Assembly: GCA_051362555.1 (NCBI GenBank)
Contig: CM120645.1
Location: forward strand, 18,538,001 to 18,602,000
From: Lingula anatina
Lineage: Eukaryota; Animalia; Brachiopoda
Direction of reading: 5' to 3'
DNA length: 64,000 nt
In this document: piece by piece, positions 1 to 11,760 of the stretch
Numbering within the stretch: the first letter of the stretch is position 1
Layout: every line of letters begins with the position of its first letter
The notes under the pieces: generated by a model
Seen by the model: only the letters and a program-made list of their open reading frames with translations
What the model was told of the DNA's origin: nothing
Database searches by the model: none
Made by a program: the position numbers and the translations under genes

Positions 1-1497
1 ATATTACTATGTTTTATTGTTACTACTGTAGGCCTACTTTTAAGTTTAACTAACTTGTTGGTGGCAACACGAAATTCAGTTTGCGATCAGAATCCCAGTG
101 TCTTCAAGCAGCTAACGTAATATACGTGCATCACATCATAGTGTATCAAGCCGCACATGATATTCAAACGGATACGGCCAGTTTCATTCTATTTTTTGAA
201 ACATAAAAAACGGAAGCGTGTTATATGGCACGTAATGTCCACCAAAAATAAGTGCCGGGTTACAGGGGCGTGTTTCTCTGCGCCATAGAAGTGTGAAAAA
301 TCGGAACGGAAGCATGTTTGTTAATTGTAATATGGAAATCTGTGCTCTTTCTTTATATGAATTGCGGTGATATATGAATTATGCATATATAAATATAAAG
401 CATGGTTTCAGAAATTATAATAAGATCAATGAAAAATAACTATATATACACCTGGAAATAAAAATATGATATTACATTCAATAAGTGAATGAAAGAATAA
501 ATTAAGGGTAATTAAGCGTTCTGATGTGTGTTTGAGTTGCTAGAGGAGCTGTGCAAATCTGCTTGAAAAAAAATACAGTTTCTATCTGATTCCGCGCAAC
601 TGACAAGCTGTTATTGTAACTTTATTATTTATCTATATACTAACATTCCTGCACTTCCTAAAAAGTCACCTTTGATAGCCGCTTTTACGGACAGAGAAAG
701 ATCATGATGCACTCCTTCTGTGACAATTTAGTCTTCATGAAATATATTAAAAGTAGCAGACTCAGTCTAAGGAGAGACTATAGATACTAGAGACTTCATA
801 TGTATTTTGCCCTAGCAGAAGGTTAGACGCACTGGTACATGCAAATATTCAGATTCGACGCCAAGGGATAAATAGTAGCTATTAATACGACAGGTGAAGG
901 TCCGTCTTTCTTCAAAGAATAATATTAAGCTAGCTATCATGCTCGTAAAAAAAAACTTGCCTAAACATAATTTTGACTCTGAAAACCTGTGGGTGTTTGG
1001 AAGGCTCTTGCACACTTTTGGGAAGGTGAGAGTAGGCCACGTGAATTTATGACCGTGCGTTTCGTGCGTCTTTATTAACACCGGCAGGATGGGTTTAAAT
1101 ATCATACACAAGTGCTTCAATTCTCACTGAAAATCCAAGGAGAACATGTAAAGTTCCGATATAGATTACTTCTGCATTGATAAAGACCAAATACAATTAC
1201 ATTAGAGGGGAATTAGGAAAGCACATTACAAGGCTGGAGTGGAATTAAAATAGCTTTGATCCACGCAGATTAGTAAGCACACAAGAAAAAAAATGTTTTT
1301 GTAATTTATCACATACAGATAATTTTGGGAATAATCATTTCTCAAAAGAACATCTAACAAAGTAATTGAAATATTTTGGAATGCATTTGATACTGCACGT
1401 GGTATTTACAGCGCAACACGCCCGCACCTACATTACGAGGCCTCTGAATTAGTGAAAGTTCATTTTAAAAAATTACATTGTATATAGAAATACTTAC

Positions 1498-1558
1498 CTG
1501 TGTTTGGGCTCTCGTCGTTTAGCTTGGTGTACGTGTCCGACCTGTCCAAGTCACTCAT
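1498..1558 (-). CDS. First coding exon of an unidentified gene continuing leftwards (MSDLDRSDTYTKLNDESPNT...)
   Basis: Minus strand: ATG at 1558, 20 open codons +1 nt, then a perfect donor CAG|GTAAGT at 1498/1497. A TATAAA lies ~40 nt upstream of the ATG. I found no convincing downstream exon in 1-1490. Confidence 0.55.
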
Positions 1559-1595
1559 ATCGCTGCCGTTGTGGTGTCATCGGACTGGTCAAGAG

Positions 1596-1603
1596 TTTAT
1601 AAA
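1596..1603 (-). promoter_or_regulatory. Putative TATA box for the exon at 1498-1558
   Basis: TTTATAAA located 38-45 nt upstream of the ATG, which would give a short 5'UTR. Confidence 0.4.
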
Positions 1604-3710
1604 TCCAGTGTCCGCTCACAAAACTACTGAAATTTCAGCACAGAAGGCTATGTTCCTTTGAAGCATTAAGGTGGTCTTCTTACTTGTAACGCTACCTGAT
1701 CAAATAGTTTTAGATTCTTATTCCCGATTATTGGTGTCGGTATTGATTATTTGACTCTGTGGTAAGACGTTATTGTGTGGTGTTTTGTCGACGTTCACTC
1801 GTTTTCTAAATTGATTTTTCCACCGCTCCATCACGCGAGCTTTAGATTGACCCCCAGACTCCACCCCGCGTTCGTATGAATAATTTACGTAATCATGAGA
1901 CTTGATCAACACTCGGAAGTTAAGGTGATCAACAAAAAGACAAGAAGAAAATAAACAACTGTTTTTTAAATACATTGAGTAGACTTAGATCATACAGTGA
2001 TCGGGAGTAAACAAGCTGTTTAGGTCTATCTTGATCGCGTCCCTAGTGACTACAGAACAACGAGATCTTATGTGATCATCATGGCGGATTATGCAAAATG
2101 TGCTATTCATTTCTCGGTTTGTGTAATTATAGGCACTTCAAAAAACGACATTTTAGAGCAGTAGGAAAGAAATCACAAAAAATAATTTTAAGTAATTTGA
2201 AATGATAAGTTGTTTGAAGGTTAACAGATGTGTGTGTGGCATATAGTGAACATTGCGAGTACCGGGCATTGTGGTAGAGCAGATCTGTCCAGCCTGTCTC
2301 GTAAACATAGAGCACAATGGTCTCCGTCCGGATCACGGCAAATCGGTAAAAAAAGTACCTAGAACTGAACGGGTTAAGGGGAAAACGAGGCACACCTCGT
2401 AACTCTGAACTGATTTTTTTGTATGTAATTTGGGAATTTATCTGATAAATTAATCCTCAACACGAAAAAAAATTACATTGTTCAGTAAGGGTTTATCGTG
2501 AGCATACTGTAGCTTAGTTAAAGGGACAAAGCGAAATATTTAAAAACAAGTTCTCCGTGAGCTTATCTAAAGACACAATACTTTTTTTATCATTTCAACA
2601 AATAATGACCATTTATTAATGTTGTGAAAAAGAATCTTATTTATCAGTTCTTGGCCACTTGCGCAATACATCATTTTTCTTCAGAATTTTTTTAATCGCG
2701 CGCAACCTGGAATTCAGTGCTGGAAGTGGTGGCAGAGTTTAAAAAACACGCTTAAACGTGGATTAAGGGCTTTTTTGTTTTCCCACATTATTTCAGAGTT
2801 AAGGTGAATGTCAGAAAGGAAGATCATAGATTGGTTAGCTGGAGAAAATACCGCTCCCCCCCCCCCAAAAAAAAAAAAAAAAAAAAAAAAAAATTAAGTT
2901 TGAGCTTTTAGCGGAAAATCTCATGCTGAACAACACTATATTAAGCTTTAAAAATCTGATCTTATTTTGAAACAGACTTTTTTGAAAATTCCAATATTAA
3001 AACAAAAGCGTAAAGTGTCAGCTGGTATGCCAATCAGAAATTGATAAAATGTGTTGTACATATATGTTTAACTAATTTCATGTAGTCATCTAGAAAATAT
3101 GGTAATCAATTACAATTAATTTGTTATTCAATCTTTGCCATAGTTACAGGCTGGGAGAACTTGATCCTCTTCTTCATCTGCCCTTTTAATCTATGAGTTT
3201 AAAAAAGGTTGGTTGATAGGAAACTTGACACGCAGGAAAATTAACAAATGTTGCGCAACTTTTGTTAAAAAGACTGTGTTTGAGACCATGGTAGTGTGTC
3301 CACCAAATAATGACGACAATCCTGGGAGATAATGAGGTGTTTTAAGCAAGCAGGTGATCTAAGTTAGGTCTTAGCAAGAAATAACTATATTTAGGACCTC
3401 TACATTCTAATTCTACATTGGTAGTGCGAGGTACATGTAGTATGAAGCCTTTTGTCTGAATGCGCTATCACCCTCAAAAGCATCTGTTTCAACACTGACT
3501 GACGTTTTGACCAATTTATTTGGAAATAATTTTTAAGAAATTAAAAAATACAGGTAAATATCCAAAGCTAAAGTAAAAGCTAATGTTTGTATCATTTAAC
3601 ATGCCATTATAGTATCAAAATGCTAAAACGTTAATTGGATATCTTATTTTAACTTCATATTTTACAAATGACTGACACCCAACTATGGCATACAGCTATC
3701 CAGTATGTCA

Positions 3711-3882
3711 CAGGCCCGTAGCCATGGGGTCCGGGAGGTTAGAAAGAATCCCCCTTTTTAGCTGGGAAAATGTCCCCTTTGGGTAAAATTTTATCTACTG
3801 TAGGCACACGGAGGTTTGATGGTAAAAGGTCCATTTTTTCAGAAAAAGAACCCCCCTTTTGAAATTGCTGGCTACGGGCCTG
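3711..3882. mobile_element. Short hAT-like MITE
   Basis: Terminal inverted repeats CAGGCCCGTAGCC ... GGCTACGGGCCTG. An equivalent copy at ~13877-14028 in the duplicated unit shows it predates the duplication. Confidence 0.7.
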
Positions 3883-4101
3883 AATCATATGTTGCATCTG
3901 TTAATAACAATGACAAACTGATGAAAAATTATCTTATCATTAAGTACATCTATAAATTTTATTTGTAGTGTATGTTGACAGAAGAAGGTTGGATATGACT
4001 ACAGAATGTATTTAACTGGCACATGACACCACAACCTTTGTTCTATTGTTTAACTAGTGCTGCCGTCTGGCGCTTGTCTGAAAGTACTACAAGTACATTA
4101 G

Positions 4102-4590
4102 TAATTAATAATAATAATAATTTTATTAACGTCTCACGTTTTAAATAATAAAATCAACCCTACTAAGGGTTGTGAGAGTCTAAAACCTGTACTACTACAT
4201 TTAAATTTCATAAAATATCTTTAAAATTATTACTTATCAGTAAAACACATAAAAAAGGATATTATATATTAAACTTTTCAAACTCTCTCTTTGTTGTTAG
4301 CTTTGCTTCTTTTCCACATCATTATCATTATATACATTGTTTCGCTGTATAAAATTGTATTTGTTCGATTCGCATAAGAAATATAAACTTTTCATAGTCA
4401 TTAAAAACATTAAAATGTTCGTATATTTGAATTGCAATGTTAAAAAGCTCTTCTCTGATGTCTTTATAGGGCTCACAGTAAATTAAAAAATGTTTCTCAC
4501 ACTCTATTTCGTTTGAGGAACAATAAATGAATAGGCGCTCTTTAAGTGGGGTATTAGAGTAACGCCCGGTTTCCACTCACAGCGGAGTGA
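4102..4590 (-). mobile_element. 5'-truncated non-LTR retrotransposon (LINE) 3' end
   Basis: ORF 4328-4576 reads ETGRY..TP..ERL..C...IE.E.HFL..C..Y...R..LF, the C-terminal zinc-binding region typical of invertebrate LINE ORF2. It is followed by AATAAA and an (ATT)n tail at ~4105-4127. It is absent from the duplicated unit, where homology breaks at ~4101/14250. Confidence 0.75.
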
Positions 4591-4597
4591 AGCAAAA

Positions 4598-5508
4598 GGG
4601 ACCGAGGCTAGTTGGGCCAATTAGACACTTTTGGCCTTGTAGGGACAAATAGGAATGAGTTAGAGTAACAATACCGGTTGCAAAATAAGCCCCATGAACT
4701 AAGCTACGTATGCAACGTCATTAATTTTTAAATATAATGCCAGATGGCTCACAATTTGGCAAAAAACGCAGTTGACGTCGGGGGGGGGGGTTGACGTCGG
4801 GGGGGGGGGGGGGGGGGGGGGCAATTTGCCCGCCACGGGGCAAGTAGGCCCCAGGTTCGAGTTATGAGCTGCAAGAACCAAAATATCTATCAATAAAATT
4901 TGTTTTTTTTAAAATTAAGAATAAATTAATAATGGTATAAAGCAGGTTCTTAATGAATGAAAACGAATAATACATTTTCGTTTTAAAAGAAAGTAACAAA
5001 TTCGTTTTTAAACCATTGAGTTTGTTTCAACAATGGTCTCTAACTCTGGTGCGCGCAAAGGTTTGTGGGTAATATGAGGGTCCAACTTGCCCCGAGTCAA
5101 GAGGGCCGACTAGCCCCGGGTGCACATTTTTTAATTTAAAGGATGGCAGCCATTTATGGTGCTAAAATGAGCAACGATGATACATCTCTGTGAAACTTGA
5201 AACAATGAGCTTCAGTTTGATGCCCTATACATACATGTATATTATATTTGATCAAAAGCCTATGAAAATAGATTTTTTAATCTCTTAAACAAAATTACTT
5301 TTAGATGCAAAAATCGGTTATTTCGACTCACCGCTTAAGTAAAACTTTTTAACGTCCGACACTTCCTTAGCATTGTAGGCTACGGTCACTTTACAAGAGT
5401 ATGTGGCCAATTTTTTTTACCTCTTAGTTACTTTTTCATAAATTGATGGGGGGGGGGGGGGGGAGGGGGGGCAACTTACCCCGAAGTCCAACTAGATCCG
5501 GTCTCCCC
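4598..5508. mobile_element. Non-autonomous Tc1/pogo-like DNA element with G-tracts
   Basis: Ends GGGACCGAGGCTAGTTGG ... CCAACTAGATCCGGTCTCCCC followed by TA. Subterminal GGGGCAA(C/T)TT(G/A)CCC motifs are repeated. No transposase ORF. Confidence 0.6.
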
Positions 5509-5638
5509 TAGTTATTGTGCAAGAAAGATTTTGTCACAAGTTCACGTTCAAATGTTCTATTAGTCGTAAGCATTGCTGGTTATGTCGTGGAGATTAAGGT
5601 TGGATTTTATATATCAATTTTTATATATCGTATCGTAT

Positions 5639-5980
5639 CAGTAGTGGGCCTGATTTGGTCTTAAAGTGCAATTAAAATATCACAAATAGTCTTACATGAT
5701 CTTAAAACATGAGTAAGACCATTTCTGATCTGACAGCCAATTAAGTTGTCTACCCTTACACATTCTCCTATTGTGAGCAGAGGTGTCCTCTATTGTGAGG
5801 GGAGGTATCCCCCATTGTGAGGGAAGGAAACTGCTTGACCACTTAAGTAGATTTTAGATAATTTTTGATCTTAAAAGCAGATTCAGTCCATTTTTAAAAC
5901 TACTGCTGTAATGATTAAGATCGTGTAAGATCACTCGTGATCTTAAATTGCACGTTAAGACCAAATCTAGCCCACTAGTG
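5639..5980. mobile_element. MITE with ~70-bp imperfect inverted arms
   Basis: TAGTGGGCCTGATTTGGTCTTAA... pairs with ...TTAAGACCAAATCTAGCCCACTA. Internal 3x ~21-bp tandem repeat (CCTATTGTGAG.GAGG) at ~5765-5827. Confidence 0.65.
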
Positions 5981-6553
5981 TATTCCACTGCCTCAAAAGA
6001 AAGTTAGACATTGCGCAACGTTACTACAGCTGTCAACATGGTTTTCTGCTTCGTATTTGTTTGTAGTCACCGAAATAACGTGGAAAAGTATTCGTTTAAT
6101 CGGTTAAATATGTGTAAGTTTAAACAGCTGGTGGGCCAAAAAGGACTATGATGTCATCGGAATACATGTTTAGTAAACAAAGTGAAAAAGCTTCGGCGTT
6201 TCATAGAAGCCTGGGCGTCCGCCTCTAAATTGTTTCACTTCTCTCTCGTAGCTCAACTTCAGGACATGACTACTCTGTACAGCATTTTTCTTTTATCCTT
6301 AACTGTGGAGATAGTACTGTCCGCTCCGAACAAACGTGCAAACAAGATAACACTGTGTTTCCTGAAAGTGGTTAAGTTGCGCAATAATGTCGCAATAAAC
6401 GCAGTATTTTCGCACATTGGAAAATGAGACTTATATTGCATAATATTGCTCATATTTAGCTTGTCAAACTGTCGCTCGGGTTTTATATCTCTTAGGGAAT
6501 TGAAGCTTTTCAGGCATGATATTTGATAGATCGTTGTTGACTGTCAATCTAAC

Positions 6554-9500
6554 TTACACTGTACAAATAAAAGAATACAAATCATCAAGGACCCCCAAAA
6601 CAACAATGGCCAAGGATCCTAAGTACAAAAAACGATTTGTCCAAGAAACAGATGTTTCCCACTGGTCCCAGTCGGTAGGCGTAGTGTTTATGCAGAAATG
6701 TCTCTCACATGTGCAGCGGTCTTTACATTTGTCGAAGCACATGGAAGCGTAGCATCCGTGGTCTGGTGCCAATTCATAAAGGCAGCAAATGTAGCAACAC
6801 TGACAAAATATAATTTCATCCGTCTTTCTTATTGTTACCATGCGATAGAAACCGCAATTCTCTACTTTATAGTATGGTTTTCTATATGTACAACCGGGGT
6901 TGCAATTTAACCAAATCCCAGCATCTGTCTCAAGACTTCGAACAAATACGGAGAAAAAATCGGTGACTGCTGATGATTTTGCTAACTTAGTCAGCAATTC
7001 AATTATGTCCACTCCATCTGGTTGCTCGGGGTTGCAGAAGCAATGAAATATGAACGGTAAAATATCTTGCGGTATTTTCGACAAGAACAGTGTGAATATC
7101 TCGTAGGTTTTTTTCAGCCTATATTTGCCGAATAGCCCTTTAACTTCCATGCTATTAGACCTGATTTGACGAATGTCTATGACAGTATCGTTTATGACGT
7201 GCAAAAGTTGCAAGAAGGCAAGAACAGAGGCCAATATTGAAAGGACGAGCCACGCGTCTTCGGGACCTTTGCATTCATCACTCTTTGTCTCCGCATAGAA
7301 ACTCCAGTCTGCGTACAAATCCCAGGCTGTTAAAGCAACCGACAGGATACGCACAAACACGTCCCAACAGAGCTTTCTTTTCGTCTTGGGTTTTCTGGGT
7401 TTTCTCTCACTCTTTTTCTTCTCTTTTTTCTGTCGCAAACGTTCAGCTTCGAACCTCTTTATGCTAGCATACCATTTCTTTGTTCCAGGTTTTCCTTCTA
7501 GATCGTGTTTGTCTGCTGTTGGAGGTTCGCTTATAATGTCACTCTGTCCAGTATTTCTCATTTCTATGTCTTGTTCTCTTTCAAAAGATCCATGGTTGTC
7601 AAATTCAAATCCGTTATTATCCCATTCATGTACCGGGAGAACTTGTCCATGAGCTGCCTAAAACAAAGATAAATATCTGATGTAAAAAAACGGAACGATT
7701 TGTAATATAGCCTTTTTTATACTGATACATCGGCAGTAGTGGTTTTATTGTGAGATTTATTGTCAGATGTAATCCCTCACTATGTTCAGAATCTCAGAAT
7801 TAAATGGAACAAATTGGACGATTACAATTGTTTTTTTTTATTCAAATCTGAACGATTCTTTTAAGTTGATCATTTAAAAACGAAAGTAAATTGGTTATTG
7901 TATATTATGTAATAAGTGTTGAAAATGAATATTACACATTTCAGGGAACAATCTTAGTTAAGAACAAAAGAACTCCCAAAGTGTTGCATTACTCAGATAT
8001 TCTCTTAAAACTGAACTCTTTGCTGGATCTCTTTCTACTGTCACTTTATAACTTGCTAGATTACAAGAAATACATCTAAACCGGACTCGCGTAAATCTAT
8101 CATTCAAATCTCAACTTTATAATCATGATTGGCTATTTTTAAACACTCCAAATCGTCTCTGTGGCAAGGGTGAAACTCCCCGACACTTCTTTCGTTGCCC
8201 TCTCAAACAGACGAACTACCGGAATTTCTATAGGGGATTGATAATATCTTGGGAAATGACTGCACTAACTTCAGAACGCAACAAGATAAAATTAACCTTG
8301 TGATCACGGAAGTAACTGGCTCGCGCTGCCAGTAATTACGCCGCGGGATATTCAGGGCACATACCGTGATCACAAGATACCGCGAATAGAAAATAGATTT
8401 TTAGAAAATAGACTTTCCATGTGAACGGTCCCTAAGGCTTCATTCACATGGAAAGTCTATTTTCTAAATTCTATTTTCTATTCGCGGTATCTTGTGATCA
8501 CGGTCTGTGCCCTGAATATCCCGCGGCGTAATTACTGGCAGCGCGAGCCAGTTACTTATACAAAGCTGTAATTAATTCTCGGCTGTGCTCGGAGGAGATT
8601 CTGATACCTTGACGCATGCGCAGTAGGAAGTTAGCAAGTTAATGGCGACCGCGATTGCTTTGAAAAATGTGTTTGTCGATTTTGTGCAACAACAAGACGA
8701 AGAAGACGAAGAAGATGAAGAAGCTATACACACGACAGATACGAGTGCAACCGTCATGATCTGATGGCAAGCGTATCAGAATCTCCTCCGAGCACAGCCG
8801 AGAATTAATTACAGCTTTGTATAAGTAACTGGCTCGCGCTGCCAGTAATTACGCCGCGGGATATTCGGGGCACAGACCGTGATCACAAGACATACCGCGA
8901 ATAGAAAATAGAATTTAGAAAATAGACTTTCCATGTGAATGAAGCCTAAATCTCGGCTCTCTGGTTTAATTGTTTGTGGAGGCGGGGAGACCATCAGGAA
9001 ATTAGCCCGCTTTTAAGTGGAGAACAGCCATATTTTGTCCACGGATTAGTCTACGAAACATCTTTTTTGAATGCGCTCTAAACCCGCTGATGTGGATACA
9101 ACCTAACTAGTCAAATATGGCGACCAACCTGAGAGCTTTCTCTCATATCCCTTAATAGGTACTGAACATATTCCGCGCTGGGATTACGCAACAAGCATTC
9201 AAGTGGTCGACCATATTTGATCCACGGATTTGTTACTTCGCTGCTGTGAATGCGGCCTGTCTTAGAGTATATTCATAACAGAGTGGATCCGCGGACTAAC
9301 GGATCCACTGGTAATATTTGCCAACCCACTTAGAAGCTTGTCGCATAATCCCCAAAATACATATAAATAATGAATACATTCTCCACAGGGATTACGCGGC
9401 CAGCTATTAAGTGGGTCGGCCATATGTGACCCTCATTTCTGTTAGTCACCGTCAACCCTGTTGCAACCTTATTTTCTAAACTACACAAAGATAGGACTTG

Positions 9501-11366
9501 ATATTTTAATATTAAAAAAAAAATTATAAAAAGAGAAAGAAAGGGGGAAAAGGAGGAGCACAAAGGGATTTTATAGAAAAAAATATAAACCTGCCCTTCT
9601 AGATAAAGGTGAAATTATTGTATCCAGCTGGTCAAAATACACCTATTTCACCCTATAACACATGTTGCGATATAATATTTTTCGGGACCTTTCCTGGACA
9701 TTTGTTTTATTGTGAGATCAATAACAATAACAACTATTCTGAGCGTGAACCTCTATATTTTTGCTCTCCCAGGGAGCTTATTGGTTTTAATGACTGGTAT
9801 TTATGAAATACCAAAACAGTTCAATATGTGAACATTGCTGTGCTAATACAAGTCTGCCAAAATATCCGTTGTGGATCAAGACAAAGGCTGAAAATGTAGC
9901 ATTGGATATTTTAAACTAGGGTCGTGCACACCCAAAATGCGATTCAAAATGCATTAATATGGAAACACGCTGTTCACTGGAATAAACTATTTCCAAGTGA
10001 AAGGATGCATAAAACCCTGGACAGCTACAAAATAATAATGTCTAAACGAACCGCTTGGTCTCTCCCTTTTTAAACAATATGAATGTAGTTTCGTTCTATG
10101 TAACTTACAAAGTATGTAGAACCAGGGAATTATATCGGATATAATTCCCTGGTAGAACTCTGATTATTCAGGGGGACTCGAGCTGCAACATTTTTCAAAA
10201 CAACAGAAGTAAAATCCATCTTCTGGTCTGTATTCCCGAACACAAAAGACCAATACCACTGCCTCAAGAGAACACAGTTTTGAACAATACTGAGGTAGCA
10301 ACAACATGTTTTTCTGTTGAAGAATTCCCAACACAGCAAAAAAAAAAAAAAAGCCTCGATTCTGACTCTCGACTCCTAACAAAAGAGAAGAAAATGTCTT
10401 GTTGTAAACTGTGTTTCTATACTTACAATAGCGAGTCAAAATGCGATTTCGAATCAAGCTTGTTTTAAAAAAATTTAGATTTAAAAATCTCCAGGAATGT
10501 TTAAGTTATTGTGAATACCAGGGAATAAAAAGGCAGCAAACTTACCGACATGTCTCTGTCCTTTGACTGAACCTATACAACCAACCAGTCACAATGTAAA
10601 TGTTGGTTTATTTTTTTTAAAAACAAAACAGAAAGGTTTGTTGCTCACGGCACCAACACCGCGGCAATAATCTTTTAATAACAAGGTTTAAACATCGTCT
10701 TTACAAATTATGGAAATTGTCAAACTGTTGTTTGACTTTCCATCCTATATAACATATATCTTGACGCAGTTGGCTTACTGTAAAATGTAAACCAAAACAT
10801 GAAGTCATGGTATGACGGAGGTGCATTTAAACCCAATAAAAAAAGACGTTGAAGCACTTCCAAACACAACAAGGACAACCCATACAACGATACACAACTG
10901 TACCAGAGCCTCGATTCTGACTCTAGACTCCGAACAAAAAAGGAAAAATACGGTCAGGGTAAATGTCTATCACCGGCTTTTGTTGGTTTCTACATAAACT
11001 TGCAGCCTCTTTGATCAGCGATCACTATTCTAATGGTTCTCTTTCTTTTTTCTTTTTTTTTGGGGGGTGGGGGGTGGGTGGGGGGTGAGGGGTGGGGGTC
11101 AGAGCATATATTTCGTAAGCCTTTTTTAATTTGTATCTCCCGGCTATGCTTTTCCGGGATATAAATTTTTTCATAGTATTTTTTATCCTCAGCATTTTTG
11201 GTGGCGCTCGGTTACTTACATAAAAAAAGATTTGGAAATGTCTTGTTGTAAAATAACAATTACAAGTCACAACAAAATTTCAAATCAAGATTATGTATGT
11301 CTCTATGAGAGTTAAAATAAGTTATTGTGAACACCTGAGTAAAAAAGGCAGCAAACTTACCGACAT
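6554..11366 (-). CDS. Uncharacterised multi-pass membrane protein, paralog A (XK-related-like, Cys-rich loop), ~369 aa
   Basis: Exon 1 coding part ATG TCG|GTAAGT at 11361-11366 (second copy at 10546-10551). Exon 2 spans 6554-7657, phase 0 after TTTGTTTTAG, extending the listed ORF by 32 codons (AAHGQVLPVHEWDNNGFEFDNHGSF...). It has 4-5 hydrophobic segments. WDLYADW and LFLSKIPQ resemble the XK-family DxxxD and ExxPQ motifs. Confidence 0.8.
8312..8432. mobile_element. Right arm of a PIF/Harbinger-type MITE (truncated)
   Basis: Near-identical to 8823-8946. Ends ...CCATGTGAACGGTCCC followed by TAA. Confidence 0.7.
8436..8946. mobile_element. Intact PIF/Harbinger-type MITE, ~170-bp TIRs, TAA TSD
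   Basis: TAA|GGCTTCATTCACATGG ... CCATGTGAATGAAGCC|TAA. Arms 8436-8607 and ~8773-8946 are near-perfect inverted copies. Confidence 0.85.
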
Positions 11367-11760
11367 GATTCTGTGCTTTGAGTGAACTTATACAACCGTC
11401 CAGTCGCAGGTGCCTCGACTTTTGCATTGATCTGGTAGGAGAATTGCAACTCCGCTATTGTTGTATAAAGTGATCCACGCATGTGCGAATTCGTGGAGAG
11501 TATATTTTAAACTCACGTACCATTGATCGTAGCCAACAACGTAAATATGGGTCTATTTTTTCAGATAAAACAAAAAGATTTATTGATCACGGCATCAATA
11601 CCGCGCCGATAATAAGTACTTAACATCGCCCTTAGAATTTTTGCAAAGTGTCAAAACTATTGTTTGCCATTCCATCCTATGAAACTTATGTTGGCGCAGT
11701 TTATTGCCAAAGAACACACTATCAGCGTTCTTTTCAGTGCCCTTTTCTCTCTGGACCAAT
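10130..11760 (-). pseudogene. Fragmented, frameshifted remnants of additional paralogs of the XK-like gene
   Basis: Minus-strand translations against the intact genes: FVRSRESES and SFFVRSLESESRLWY vs FVRSLESDAGIWY; FFNRKTCCCY vs YFKKTECFCY; CVREYRPEDGFYFCCFEKC vs CLKEKVPDPGWYCSMCFDK; AGRYKLKKAYEIYAL vs FGKYRLKKTYEILAL. Confidence 0.75.
11400..11500 (-). promoter_or_regulatory. Putative promoter of the XK-like gene family (also at ~20150-20240 and ~20820-20885)
   Basis: A block directly upstream of exon 1, conserved in three copies. It contains an NRF1-like (G/A)CGCATGTGCG and a kappaB-like GGAGAATT(C/G)C. Confidence 0.45.

Noticed and set aside
4699-4893. Poly-proline ORF / G-quadruplex tract
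   Set aside because: It is a translation of homopolymer G runs inside a non-autonomous transposon. Homopolymer lengths are also unreliable.
6554-7657. Possible selenoprotein or stop-readthrough in the Cys-rich genes
   Set aside because: Both paralogs end in TAA at almost the same position, and there is no in-frame TGA aligned to Cys.
8572-8757. Poly-Ser/Cys ORF
   Set aside because: It lies inside the MITE spacer and derives from a GAAGA(C/T) simple repeat.
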